The position numbers were made by a program, and so were the translations under genes. Below the pieces are notes generated by a model. It did not search any database, was not told where the DNA came from, and was given only the letters and a program-made list of their open reading frames with translations. Positions 1 to 10,069 of a stretch of DNA of 64,000 bases are shown here, in pieces. The DNA lies in the NCBI GenBank assembly GCA_963733295.1, contig CAVTCS010000003.1, positions 1,600,001 through 1,664,000 of the forward strand, in the 5' to 3' direction. This DNA is from Vulcanimicrobiota bacterium (GTDB taxonomy: Bacteria > Vulcanimicrobiota > Vulcanimicrobiia > Vulcanimicrobiales > Vulcanimicrobiaceae). Each line of letters starts with the position of its first letter. The stretch's first letter is position 1.

Positions 1-264
1 GCCGTCGTGCGAGATCGTTCCGGAAGCCATCTGCTTGAGATCTTGCACGCAGACATAGAGCGTCTTGTCGCGTTCGAATGCAACGACGTGGTCGGTGTCC
101 GCCGAAAGCGGCCTTCCGCCGACGGTGACGGTCGCGGAGCGATCGCCCCCCGTCAAGGCTGGCGCAGAGGCGAGCGCTCGAGAGCCTGCGGCCAACCCGA
201 GCCCAAAGACGACGGCCAAACTCGCCGCGCTCGCGGCTCGCAGACGTTGAAAACGAACGAGCAT
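1..264 (-). CDS. Secreted hypothetical protein, 5' part only (runs off the window edge)
   Basis: ATG at 264, just after the POP stop. Reads MLVRFQRLRAASAASLAVVFGLGLAAGSRALA (signal-peptide-like) and stays open to base 1. Not in the ORF track. Confidence 0.6.
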   Translation of the reverse strand, partial: MLVRFQRLRAASAASLAVVFGLGLAAGSRALASAPALTGGDRSATVTVGGRPLSADTDHVVAFERDKTLYVCVQDLKQMASGTISHDG

Positions 265-274
265 GGAAGAACCC

Positions 275-2392
275 CTAATCCATCAGCTTCCGGATGAAAT
301 ACATGAACTCCAAGGCGTTGGTACGCGCCCTTTCCTTCAAGTTTGAGCCCGAAGCGTGACCGCCTTCAATGACCTCGTAGAAGAGATACGGGACACCCAT
401 CGCCGACAGCTTCGCGGCGAACTTGCGGGCATGCTGCGGGCCGACGCGGTCATCTTTCGTCGTCGTCCAAATGAAGGGCTCCGGATATTTCACCCCCGCT
501 CGGAGGTTGTCGTACGGCGAGATCGAGGCGAGGAAGGCTCGCTCGTCGGGGTTCGATACGCTGCCGTATTCGCCGACCCACGACGCGCCGGCCGCAATCT
601 TTTCGTACCGCAGCATGTCGAGCAGCGGCACTTGAATGTCGACCGCATGGTAGAGTTCGGGGTGTTGCGTGAATTCGACGCCCATCAGCAGGCCGCCGTT
701 CGAGCCGCCCTGGATTCCGAGGCGCCGCGGGCTCGTGATCTTGCGCGCGATGAGATCCTGTGCGACCGATGCGAAGTCATCGAAAGCCGTTTGGCGATGG
801 GTTTTGAGCGCGGCTTCGTGCCACGCGGGTCCGAATTCCCCGCCGCCACGGATGTTTGCCAGCGCGAAAACCCCGCCGCGTTCCAGCCATAGCTTTCCGA
901 GTGCTCCCGAATATGACGGCGTCGAGGAAATCGCAAAGCCTCCGTAGGCATTGAGAATCGTCGGATTCGAACCATCGAGCGCCATGTTCTTGGGATGCAC
1001 CACGAAGTACGGGATCTTCGTCCCGTCTTTCGAGGTCGACTCGAACTGCTCGACGACGTCTTTGGATGCATCGAACCTCGCCGGAGAGGCTTTCGCGGTC
1101 GCGACGGTCGCGGTTTGCACGTTTGCGAGTTCAAGCGTCGTCGGCGAGAGAAACCCCGTGACGGCCAAGAATGCGTCATCGGTATTCTCATCGGTGCTGA
1201 CGATCGAGATTGCGGAATCGTCGGCGAGGTCGAGTTTGTGTTTGCTCCAAGTCCCACCCGCTTGCGGCGCGAAAACGAACGCGCGTCCCTTGACGTCCTC
1301 ATAGGTCGTGACCACGACGCGCGACTTGGTCGTCTCGACGTCCTCGAGCGCCTCGCGCGGGCCGGGCGCGTAGACGAGCGCCGGTTTGAGATGGGCCGGG
1401 TCGGCGGCTAGAGCGCCCAGGTCCACCGCTACGAGCGAACCGGCCGGAAAGGTGCTCCCGTCGACGATCCAGTCTTCCTTCGGCTCGATCAGCACGCGGC
1501 CGTCGACCATTCCGCTCAGCTCGGCTTTCGGCGGAAGCCCGAGTTTCATCACTCGCTGAGAATCGACGAGGTAGTACTCGCTGGTGAAGAACGTGAGGTT
1601 GCGTACGACGAACGTCGCGCGATGTCCCTGACCGTCGTGGAAGACGGCCGGACTCGTGCCGACATCCTCCTTCGAACCGCGAAAGATCTCAACCGCTTCC
1701 GAGAGCGGCGCGCCGCGCTTGAGTCGCTTAACGATGTACGGATAGCCCGAGGTCGTCAACTCACCTGGATTCCATTCGCGCGCGACCAGGATCGAATCGT
1801 CCGTTTCCCAGTCGTAGTCTTGCTTTCCGTGGGGAAGAGCGAACCCGTCGCTGACGAAGCTCCGCGTTCCCAGATCGAACTCGCGGACGGTCGTCGCGTC
1901 TTCGCCCCCGTCGGAGAGCGCAATTAGACAGCGACGCTCGGCCGGCGACTCGCAAGCGGCACCGTCGAACACCCAGTTCGCATTCTCGCTCTTCGCGACG
2001 GCATCGAGATCCAAAACGGTTTGCCAGGCGGGTTCCGGGCTCTCATAGTTCCCGAGCGAGGCCTTGCGCCAAATGCCGCGCACGTGCTCCGCATCTTGCC
2101 AAAAATTATAGACGTCGTGCTGCAAGAATCGCGGGAACGCAATGCGGTCCTTCGCTTCGGCAATCTGCACGGCGGCGGCATAGAGACCGGGAAAACGCGG
2201 ATCGGCTTCCAGCACTGCCAGAGTTTTCGCGTTCTCTGCGCGCACCCACGTCATGGCGCGCTCGCCGTTGACGTCTTCGAGCCACAGAAAAGGCTCGGTC
2301 GAGGCCGGCTGCGGCGAAGCGCTCCCCAGCGTCGAGCCCGTCACGAAAGCAAGGAGCAACGCGACGGACGCCGCGCGCGACGAGAATCCCAT
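275..2392 (-). CDS. Prolyl oligopeptidase family (S9A) serine peptidase, secreted
   Basis: N-terminal signal peptide, EPFLWLED, ANIRGGGEFG, catalytic GGSNGG, DDRV and GGH motifs. Confidence 0.95.
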   Translation of the reverse strand: MGFSSRAASVALLLAFVTGSTLGSASPQPASTEPFLWLEDVNGERAMTWVRAENAKTLAVLEADPRFPGLYAAAVQIAEAKDRIAFPRFLQHDVYNFWQDAEHVRGIWRKASLGNYESPEPAWQTVLDLDAVAKSENANWVFDGAACESPAERRCLIALSDGGEDATTVREFDLGTRSFVSDGFALPHGKQDYDWETDDSILVAREWNPGELTTSGYPYIVKRLKRGAPLSEAVEIFRGSKEDVGTSPAVFHDGQGHRATFVVRNLTFFTSEYYLVDSQRVMKLGLPPKAELSGMVDGRVLIEPKEDWIVDGSTFPAGSLVAVDLGALAADPAHLKPALVYAPGPREALEDVETTKSRVVVTTYEDVKGRAFVFAPQAGGTWSKHKLDLADDSAISIVSTDENTDDAFLAVTGFLSPTTLELANVQTATVATAKASPARFDASKDVVEQFESTSKDGTKIPYFVVHPKNMALDGSNPTILNAYGGFAISSTPSYSGALGKLWLERGGVFALANIRGGGEFGPAWHEAALKTHRQTAFDDFASVAQDLIARKITSPRRLGIQGGSNGGLLMGVEFTQHPELYHAVDIQVPLLDMLRYEKIAAGASWVGEYGSVSNPDERAFLASISPYDNLRAGVKYPEPFIWTTTKDDRVGPQHARKFAAKLSAMGVPYLFYEVIEGGHASGSNLKERARTNALEFMYFIRKLMD

Positions 2393-2419
2393 GCCACCCG
2401 GTACCTTCCTATACTGCAG

Positions 2420-3904
2420 CTACTTGGTGGGACGCCGCAGATTTACCCAGACGGCTTTACGTTCCGTGTAGTTTTCGAGCGCCGCTTCGCCGAGATCGCG
2501 GCTGATGCCCGACTCACCCCCGGCGCCGCCCCAGGGCAGCCGCGTATCAGTGTGGCCGTAGGTGTTGACCCACACGGTGCCGCCTTTGAGCCGGTGCGCG
2601 ACGCTCAACACCTTGGTGACGTCGTTGCTCCAAACCGCTGCCGCCAAGCTGTACGCCGTGCCGTTCGCGATCGCGACGGCCTCGTCTTCGGTCTTGAACT
2701 TGATGACCGAGGCGACCGGCCCGAAGATCTCCTCCTGCGCAATGCGCATGTCGTTTCGCACGCCAGTGAAGATCGTCGGCTCGATATAGTGTCCCCGGCC
2801 GTCCGGACGGTTACCGCCGCTTTCGAGGTGCGCGCCTTCCTGCTGCCCGACCTCGATGTACCCGCTCACTCGATCGAGCTGGCGCTGCGAAATCACGGGC
2901 CCCAGAGTCGTCTTCGGGTCGAGCGGATCCCCCATCCGCAGCGACTTCGCACGTTCCTTAAGGCCCGCGACGAACTCGTCGTAGATCGACTCTTCAACAA
3001 CGATGCGCGTTCCGGCGGAGCAGACTTGACCGGCATTGTAGAAAACCCCCGAAGCCGCCGCCTTGATCGCAGCCTCGAGGTCGCTGTCCGCGAACACGAC
3101 GTTGGGGGACTTTCCACCGAGTTCGAGCCCGACGCGCACGATATATTTGCCGGCGGTTTGCATGATCGTCTTACCGACCTCGGGCGACCCCGTAAAGGCG
3201 ATCTTGTCGATGTCGCCGCGATCCACCAGCGCCGTTCCGACATCGGTGCCGCGTCCGGGCAAAATGTTCAGCACTCCGGGCGGAACGCCGGCTTCCAGCG
3301 CCAGCTCGCCGAGCCGCAGCGCGGTGAGCGGCGTGAGCTCGGCGGGCTTGAGAACCAGCGTGCAACCGCAGGCTAGCGCCGGCGCGATCTTCCACATCGT
3401 ATTCATCAAGGGGAAGTTCCAGGGCACGATCGCGACGACGACTCCAACCGGTTCGCGCAGAATATAGTTCAAGGCCGACGGCGAGATCGGCACGACGTCG
3501 CCCTTGATCTTATCGCACCAGCCGGCGTAGTACTCGAGGCAGTCGATCGCGGCCGGCAGCTCGGCCCGCTTGATCGAGGTTACGGGCTTTCCTCCGTCGA
3601 GCGCTTCGAGCTCTGCAAGTCCATCGACGTTGGCACGCATCAACCCGGCCAAGCGCATCAGGATGCGAGCTCGCTCGGCGGCCGAAATCTTCGACCAGGG
3701 TCCGTCGAGAGCGGCGCGGGCTGCAGCAACCGCGCGGTCGGCGTCCGGTTTGCCCGCGAAGGAAACCATCGCGATCGTTTCTTCGGTCGCCGGATTGAAC
3801 GTCTCGAAGGTCTTGCCCGAGGCCGACTCGACGAACTTTCCGTCGATCAGCAAACGCGTGTCGGGCATTTTGATCGTTGGAGTGGTGCCCAGAACGGTCG
3901 ACAT
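2420..3904 (-). CDS. NAD(P)-dependent aldehyde dehydrogenase
   Basis: PWNFP, KPAE, FTGS, LELGGKSP, GQVCSAG, EEIFGPV. Start set to ATG 3904 behind a GGGGAG RBS. Confidence 0.95.
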   Translation of the reverse strand: MSTVLGTTPTIKMPDTRLLIDGKFVESASGKTFETFNPATEETIAMVSFAGKPDADRAVAAARAALDGPWSKISAAERARILMRLAGLMRANVDGLAELEALDGGKPVTSIKRAELPAAIDCLEYYAGWCDKIKGDVVPISPSALNYILREPVGVVVAIVPWNFPLMNTMWKIAPALACGCTLVLKPAELTPLTALRLGELALEAGVPPGVLNILPGRGTDVGTALVDRGDIDKIAFTGSPEVGKTIMQTAGKYIVRVGLELGGKSPNVVFADSDLEAAIKAAASGVFYNAGQVCSAGTRIVVEESIYDEFVAGLKERAKSLRMGDPLDPKTTLGPVISQRQLDRVSGYIEVGQQEGAHLESGGNRPDGRGHYIEPTIFTGVRNDMRIAQEEIFGPVASVIKFKTEDEAVAIANGTAYSLAAAVWSNDVTKVLSVAHRLKGGTVWVNTYGHTDTRLPWGGAGGESGISRDLGEAALENYTERKAVWVNLRRPTK

Positions 3905-3921
3905 GATGCGCTTCTCCCCCG

Positions 3922-5637
3922 TCACTTGTACATCGTCTGATTTTCGGTACCCGGCGCGTACGCTTCGGGATCGAGCCAGACGTTGACGATCGCGCACGTG
4001 CCGGCTTCACGAGCAGCTTCAAGCGCTGGCCGGATCTCCCCCGGTTCGCGCACCGCACGGCCGAAAATTCCCAACATATCGGCAAATTTCTCGAAATGGA
4101 CGTCGCCGAGATAGTTGCCGACGTTGCCACGTTCGACACCGTATTTTTGGATCTGACCGCAACGAATTTGATTCATGTACGAGTTGTTTCCGATCACCGC
4201 GATATAGGGTAAGCCGAAACGCATTGCGGTCTGGATATCGAAGCCCGTCATCGCAAACGAACCGTCGCCGAAAAGCGCGAGCACCTCGCGCTTGGGATTG
4301 GCCAGCTTCGCGGCCATCGCGAAGCCTGTTCCGACGCCGAGGGTGCCCAGCGGTCCCGGATCGAGCCAGAGCCCCGGACCCTTGGGACGCACGACGTTTC
4401 CCGCGAAGGTGACGACGTCGCCGCCGTCGCCGACGAAAACCGTGTTCTCCGTAACGAAGCGATCGAGCTCGTACGCCAGACGGTAGGGGTGAATGGGCCG
4501 GCTGTCGTCGAGCAACTTGGGCATGCGCGCCTCGACCGCAGCCGACTCGCGCTTGCGCAATTCCGAAACCCACGCTTTTCGCGCGTTCGCGGCGGCCTGA
4601 GCTTGTCTGCCGGCCGCTTCCGTCACCGCCGAGAGAATCGTATCGATGTCGCCGGCGATGCCGAGCGCGACGTCCCGGTTACGCCCGATCGTGGCGTAGT
4701 TCATGTCGATCTGCACGACGGTCGGCGCTTTGAGGCTGCGGCCGTAACGGAGGCGGAAATCGAAGGGCGTGCCCACGATGACGATGACGTCGGCGTCCGC
4801 GAACGCGTCGCGGCGCGTCAGTTGAAAGTGCAAGGGATGGCCGACCGGCAAGGTGCCGCGTCCGGCTCCGTTCATGTAGGCCGGAACGTTGAAGGTCTCG
4901 ACGAAGGCCACGGCCGACTCGGTCGCACGGCAGGTCCAAACTTGCTGGCCGAGCAGGACGCACGGACGCTCCGACGTGCTGAGAATCGCGGCCAATCGCT
5001 GGACCGCTTCCGGGTCGCCGGCACCGTGCGTCGAGGCCCGGTAGTGGCCCTTCTCGGGAATCACGGCCTTGGTCAAGTCGACTTTCGCGTCGAGCACGTC
5101 GCGCGGAATCTCCAAATACGAAGGTCCAAAGGCGCCGTTGAAGCTCTCGCGGGCCGCCATTGCGACCATGTCGGCGATGCGCTCGGTCGAGGTAACGGTC
5201 GTCGCAAACTTCGTGATCGGGCGAAGCATGTCGACGTGCGGCAGATCTTGCAAGCCGCCCATCCGGTGTTGGCTGAGTGCCGCTTGACCGCCGATCAACA
5301 ACATCGGACTTTCGGCTCGCCAAGCGTTCGCGACGCCGGTCATCGCGTTCGTCGTTCCGGGCCCGGCAGTCACCACGGCACATCCGAGTTTTCCGGTCAC
5401 GCGCGCGAGCCCGTCGGCTGCGTGCGCGGCCACTTGCTCGTGACGGACGTCGATGATCTTGATGCCCTCATCGATGCACCCGTCGTAGATATCGATGATG
5501 TGGCCACCGCACAGCGTGAAGATCGCCTCGATCCCCTCGTTCTTGAGAGCTTTCGCTACGAGATGTCCTCCCGAAACCCGCTCCGGTTCGGCCTTTACGG
5601 ACTCGACCTTCGGTGACGCGGTCGCAGACGCGGTCAC
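3922..5637 (-). CDS. ThDP-dependent enzyme, 2-hydroxyacyl-CoA lyase / oxalyl-CoA decarboxylase-like
   Basis: DVRHEQ, TAGPG, GDGS...NN ThDP motif, DPGPLGTLGVG, C-terminal PGTENQTMYK. GTG start behind AGGAGG. Confidence 0.85.
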   Translation of the reverse strand: MTASATASPKVESVKAEPERVSGGHLVAKALKNEGIEAIFTLCGGHIIDIYDGCIDEGIKIIDVRHEQVAAHAADGLARVTGKLGCAVVTAGPGTTNAMTGVANAWRAESPMLLIGGQAALSQHRMGGLQDLPHVDMLRPITKFATTVTSTERIADMVAMAARESFNGAFGPSYLEIPRDVLDAKVDLTKAVIPEKGHYRASTHGAGDPEAVQRLAAILSTSERPCVLLGQQVWTCRATESAVAFVETFNVPAYMNGAGRGTLPVGHPLHFQLTRRDAFADADVIVIVGTPFDFRLRYGRSLKAPTVVQIDMNYATIGRNRDVALGIAGDIDTILSAVTEAAGRQAQAAANARKAWVSELRKRESAAVEARMPKLLDDSRPIHPYRLAYELDRFVTENTVFVGDGGDVVTFAGNVVRPKGPGLWLDPGPLGTLGVGTGFAMAAKLANPKREVLALFGDGSFAMTGFDIQTAMRFGLPYIAVIGNNSYMNQIRCGQIQKYGVERGNVGNYLGDVHFEKFADMLGIFGRAVREPGEIRPALEAAREAGTCAIVNVWLDPEAYAPGTENQTMYK

Positions 5638-5653
5638 GGCATGTCCTCCTGCA

Positions 5654-6370
5654 TCAATCCAAATAGTCCACGTTCTGCTCGATGTGTTCGGCCAGCGCGA
5701 GAGCGTGGTCGCGGACGAGGCGCTCCGCTTCTTCGGTCCGCCGCTTTTCGAGCGACTCGATGATGTGCATGTGATCGATCACCGAACGCGTCGCCCGCTC
5801 GTCTTCAGAGATCGTGCGGTGACGGATCGAGCGGACGTGCACGAGGATGTTGTCGGCCAGTCTCACCAGCAGCGGTGAGCGCGATAACTCCAGGATCGTC
5901 TGATGGAAGCGAATATTGACTTCGGAATATTCGTCGATGTGGGCGCGCACGCGTCCGCCGTCAAAGTCGGAGACGAAACCTCGCAGCGAGGCGATCTCGG
6001 CGTCGCCGGCTCGCTCGGTGATCAGACGCGCCGCCATGCTTTCGAGCGCCGCCCAGGCCCGCACCATCTCGACGATCTCGCTCTTGCTCTTGCGCGCGAC
6101 GAAGACGCCGCGTCGCGCGAGACTGTAGACCAGCCCCTCGTGCTCGAGTCGCGCAATCGCCTCCCGGATCGGAGTGCGGCTGATTCCCAACCGCTGCGAG
6201 AGCTCGCGCTCGTCGAGGCGAACCGGCTCCGGACCGTCGTAAATGTTCATCGCCGCGATCGCGCCTCGGAGCGCGTCGTAGGCCCGGTCGGCAAAACTCG
6301 GGAGCGGCTCGAGAGGGCCGACGTGGAGAGAGCGCCGCGGAAGCGCCCTCGGCCGGCTCCTTGTATCCAT
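5654..6370 (-). CDS. GntR (FadR/FCD subfamily) transcriptional regulator
   Basis: wHTH motif LSQRLGISRTPIREA plus FCD-like C-terminus (NIRFH, DHMHII). Start position uncertain. Confidence 0.92.
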   Translation of the reverse strand: MDTRSRPRALPRRSLHVGPLEPLPSFADRAYDALRGAIAAMNIYDGPEPVRLDERELSQRLGISRTPIREAIARLEHEGLVYSLARRGVFVARKSKSEIVEMVRAWAALESMAARLITERAGDAEIASLRGFVSDFDGGRVRAHIDEYSEVNIRFHQTILELSRSPLLVRLADNILVHVRSIRHRTISEDERATRSVIDHMHIIESLEKRRTEEAERLVRDHALALAEHIEQNVDYLD

Positions 6371-6473
6371 AATACCAGCCGCTACGACCAGGCTGTGCCA
6401 AAGCCCTATGCATGCGGCGACAGCGGCGCTCGGGCCGCGCGAAAAGGCGCACCTAGCCGGTCAGAAATACCAG
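6363..6473. promoter_or_regulatory. Two candidate GntR/FadR-type operators
   Basis: GTAT-CCATA-ATAC (6363-6375) and GGT-CAGAAAT-ACC (6459-6471). Both contain AATACCAG. Confidence 0.4.
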
Positions 6474-6530
6474 ATGCCCGGCGGGCCGGGCGAACCGCTC
6501 GCCGGCGCTACGCTCGCCGAACCGGCGAAA

Positions 6531-7676
6531 TCAGGTGACTAGTCCGGCGTCGACGTAGACTTTGGCCGCCGGCACCATGCGGCGCATCGCATCTCCGGTC
6601 GCGACCAGCGTCGGCGCCACGTATTTCGTCAAATCGGCGGGGGGAAGTTCGACGTCGGCTTGCATCGGCTCGGGAACGCTCGTCGCGCGTGCCACGAGCG
6701 TCACCGCCGCGGCGTACTGATCGGGCCCAACCCCACTGAGATCGTAGGTGAAGGCCGCCGGAAACGCGTCGCGCGCGCGCAGGCCTTCGAGCGGCCGCGT
6801 GAAGGTCAGCAAGAAGGGGCCTTGTGCCATCGGCTTGGCGCACATCGAACTCGCGGCGTGCGAGCCCGCCGCGCAATACCGGTCGTGGAGGTAACGCGCC
6901 GTCTTGTAGTCGTACTCGGCCAACAGCGCATCGGTCGTGTCCGACGTCGCGGTGACCTGGTGGCTCGATCCGAGCACCGGTAAGAAAAAGATGTTATAGC
7001 CGAACGGATTGCCGAACACGCTCTGCTTGCCGCCGTTTGAGGCGACGCCGTACTTCGCGACGAGTGCGGCGACGAGCGCCCGGTTGCGCGGATCGGTTTT
7101 TCCGTTCCCGCCCAGCAAAACGTAGGTATACCGTCCGTAGTAGGGTTCGCCGCGCACGTGTTCCGGCTGGTGGGCGTTGTACGTCGCGAGCAGCGAGTCG
7201 TGTACGAGCGGCGGGATCGGCGCTGCGGGGAGAGCGGCGGCCTGCGGAGCGGCGGCGCTATGCGCTTGCGCCGGAGCGGCGGCAGGGTGCGTTTGCGCGG
7301 AACTTGCGACCTGCGGATGGGCGGCCGGTGGTATCGGAGCCATAGCCAAAATCGTCATGCTCAGCGCGGTGTCGGCGGCAATGTTCATCCCGATGAGGCT
7401 CTCGGACGAGTACCCGTTGCGCGAAGCGACGATCGTGTACGTGTCGAGCGGAACGCTGATCGAGACGTGTCCGTGCTTATCGGTGTGCGCCGCGAACGTG
7501 GTGCCGGCTCTACCGGTGAATACGATGCGGGCGCCCGCCACGGGCTGATTCTGACTGTCGAGAATCGTCGTCGAGACGGCGGCCGTGTTCGACGCAAGAG
7601 TGGCTGTCGGACCGGCGACGAGCGCTCCGAGCAAAACGAAAGCGCACGCGAAGTTTAGAAAGCGAAGCAGCCTCAT
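6531..7676 (-). CDS. Secreted protein: carboxypeptidase-regulatory-like (Ig-like) domain, Ala/Pro linker, unknown C-terminal domain
   Basis: Signal peptide; DSQNQPVAGARI...TDKHG...YTIVASRNGY pattern. Confidence 0.75.
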   Translation of the reverse strand: MRLLRFLNFACAFVLLGALVAGPTATLASNTAAVSTTILDSQNQPVAGARIVFTGRAGTTFAAHTDKHGHVSISVPLDTYTIVASRNGYSSESLIGMNIAADTALSMTILAMAPIPPAAHPQVASSAQTHPAAAPAQAHSAAAPQAAALPAAPIPPLVHDSLLATYNAHQPEHVRGEPYYGRYTYVLLGGNGKTDPRNRALVAALVAKYGVASNGGKQSVFGNPFGYNIFFLPVLGSSHQVTATSDTTDALLAEYDYKTARYLHDRYCAAGSHAASSMCAKPMAQGPFLLTFTRPLEGLRARDAFPAAFTYDLSGVGPDQYAAAVTLVARATSVPEPMQADVELPPADLTKYVAPTLVATGDAMRRMVPAAKVYVDAGLVT

Positions 7677-7791
7677 AACATCCTTGTTCGGCAGAAGCCC
7701 GGTTGAGGACGCAGAAGAACCTGCGTCACTAGCCGATCTTCACGCGAGCGCGCGCTTTTCTCTAGTGACCCAGCGCACGAAGTTTAGAACT

Positions 7792-8778
7792 TTAGCGGTT
7801 GACGGCCGACATGTCCGGGTAACGGTCGCCCGAAGCTGCGCCTTTGGGGGCCGCTTCTTCGATGCGGCGCAGCTGCCCGGCACTCAGCTTCAGGCTCGCC
7901 GCCGCGACGTTTTCCTCCAACCTGGCGACGCGGGAAGTACCCGGGATCGGAACGATCCCGTCCCCCTGAGCGAGCACCCAGGCGAGCGCGACTTGCGCCG
8001 GCGTGGCGCCGTCTTCAGCGGCGATTTCGCCGACCCGGTCGACGAGGGCCAGATTCTTCTCGAAATTGCCGTGCGCGAAGCGTGGCGCAAAACGCCGGAA
8101 GTCACCGGCTTCGAGCTGATCGAGCGAACGGATCTTGCCGCTGAGAAAACCCCGTCCGAGCGGACTGTACGCCACGAGCGTGATGCCGAGTTCGCGCAAT
8201 GCTGCGACGACGCCGCTGTCTTCGATGTCGCGACTAAAAAGCGAATACTCGCTTTGAACCGCAGCGATCGCGTGAACTTTCAGTGCCCGGCGAATCGTGC
8301 TAACCGACGCCTCGGAGAGCCCGATGTGACGGATCTTACCGGCCGCAACCTGTTCCGCGAGCGCGCCCACCGTCTCTTCGATCGGAGTGTCTTTGTCGAC
8401 GCGATGCTGATAGTACAAATCGACGTAGTCGACGCCCAAACGTTTGAGCGACGCATCGAGCGAGCGGCGCAGGTAGTCCGGCTTCCCGTTATATCCGCGG
8501 GCCATCGGGTCGGCAGGGTCACGCACGATTCCGAATTTCGTGCACAGAAAAACGCGCTCGCGCTTTCCGGCGATCGCCCGGCCCACGAGCTCTTCGTTCG
8601 TGTACGGACCATAGATGTCGGCCGTATCGATGAGGGTGACGCCGAGTTCCAGGGCACGGTGAATCGTCCGTATCGATTCCGCCTCGTCGGTGCTGCCGTA
8701 GAACTCCGACATGCCCATGGTCCCGAGGCCGATTTCACCGACGAGCGGGCCGTTACGGCCGATGTGACGCTGCTGCAT
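7792..8778 (-). CDS. Aldo/keto reductase
   Basis: [40 protein letters not shown]. Confidence 0.95.
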   Translation of the reverse strand: MQQRHIGRNGPLVGEIGLGTMGMSEFYGSTDEAESIRTIHRALELGVTLIDTADIYGPYTNEELVGRAIAGKRERVFLCTKFGIVRDPADPMARGYNGKPDYLRRSLDASLKRLGVDYVDLYYQHRVDKDTPIEETVGALAEQVAAGKIRHIGLSEASVSTIRRALKVHAIAAVQSEYSLFSRDIEDSGVVAALRELGITLVAYSPLGRGFLSGKIRSLDQLEAGDFRRFAPRFAHGNFEKNLALVDRVGEIAAEDGATPAQVALAWVLAQGDGIVPIPGTSRVARLEENVAAASLKLSAGQLRRIEEAAPKGAASGDRYPDMSAVNR

Positions 8779-8791
8779 ACGAGATCCAGGA

Positions 8792-10069
8792 CTACGCCCG
8801 GATCAGTTTTGTTTCAGTGCTCCGGCGGCGGCGTTCGCTCGAGATCGCCCAGACCAGCGCGACCAGCAAGAAGTTGGCCACGAGCGAACTGCCCCCGTAC
8901 GACACGAACGGCAGCGTGATTCCCGTGAGCGGAAAGAGCGCCAGCACGCCGCCCACGATGATGAACGTTTGGAAACCGAGAGTAGCCGCCAGGCCGGTCG
9001 CGAGCAGCTTTGCGTAAATGTCGGGTTGCGCTTGGGCGGTCTGCAGCGCTCGCACGACGAGCACGAAGAACAGCGCCACCAGCATCGCGCCGCCGAGCGC
9101 CCCGAACTCTTCGCTCCAGGCGGCGAACACGTAGTCGGTGCCGACCGCCGGAATGAACCCCGGGTGGCCGAGTCCGTAGCCGGTTCCGAAGAGGCCGCCC
9201 GCTGCCAGCGAAAACAAGGCTTGCAGCGCTTGGTAGCCGTGACCCAGCGGATCGGCGAACGGATCGCGCCAGGCTTGGAAGCGCGCCACGACGTACGGAT
9301 AGTGCCGGCTCGCCCACCACACGGCGACAGCGAAGATCGCGGCGCCGCCGGCGATCAAGTCGACGCGTCGCGTAGCGACGTAGAGCATCGATGCGAAAGT
9401 TGCGAGCAAAAGGCTCGCCATGCCGATGTCGCGCTCGAAGACGAGGATTGCCATCGAAGCGCCCCAGCCGAGAATGAGCGGCCCGAGGTACTTCGCGTTC
9501 GCGCGCAGCGACCAGGGCTTGGCGGCGGCGAGCACGTCGGCCGTCTCCGCTAGATAGGCCGCCATGAACAGGACGATGAGCAGCTTGATGATCTCGACGG
9601 GCTCGTATTGAATCGGCCCGATGCGAATCCAGAGCTTCGCACCGTTGACTTCTTGTCCGAACACGGCGACGAGCGCAAACAAAACGACCGAACCCAGGAC
9701 CCAAATGTATTTGAAAGCCGCGAAACGCCGGAAGTTGGCGAAGAGCGGGCCGGCGAGGATGGCCAGACCGAGCGAAATTCCCAGCCAAATTTCCTGTCGG
9801 TGCGCGAGTTCGCTCGAGAGTCGCGCGATCGTGGTGAGTCCGAGCGCCGCCAGCAATACCGCGAGCGCCGGCAAGACGTCGTCGCGCCGTTCGCCCACCG
9901 GCGCGAGCGCTACCCAGGCGAGCGCGCCCAGCGCGAGCGCGACGAGCGCCCAAGGCGGTCCGATCGACCCCGCCGGCGGCAGGCGCAACGCGAAGCCGCC
10001 GATCGTCAGCGCCAACGCCATCGGCCAAATCCGGTGGAACAGCGCGAGCGGACGTTGCGCGAAGGTCAG
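8792..10069 (-). CDS. rodA: FtsW/RodA/SpoVE (SEDS) family protein
   Basis: [40 protein letters not shown]. The frame is open from a CTG at 10069 overlapping the PP2C stop; first ATG is at 10021. Confidence 0.9.
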   Translation of the reverse strand: MTFAQRPLALFHRIWPMALALTIGGFALRLPPAGSIGPPWALVALALGALAWVALAPVGERRDDVLPALAVLLAALGLTTIARLSSELAHRQEIWLGISLGLAILAGPLFANFRRFAAFKYIWVLGSVVLFALVAVFGQEVNGAKLWIRIGPIQYEPVEIIKLLIVLFMAAYLAETADVLAAAKPWSLRANAKYLGPLILGWGASMAILVFERDIGMASLLLATFASMLYVATRRVDLIAGGAAIFAVAVWWASRHYPYVVARFQAWRDPFADPLGHGYQALQALFSLAAGGLFGTGYGLGHPGFIPAVGTDYVFAAWSEEFGALGGAMLVALFFVLVVRALQTAQAQPDIYAKLLATGLAATLGFQTFIIVGGVLALFPLTGITLPFVSYGGSSLVANFLLVALVWAISSERRRRSTETKLIRA

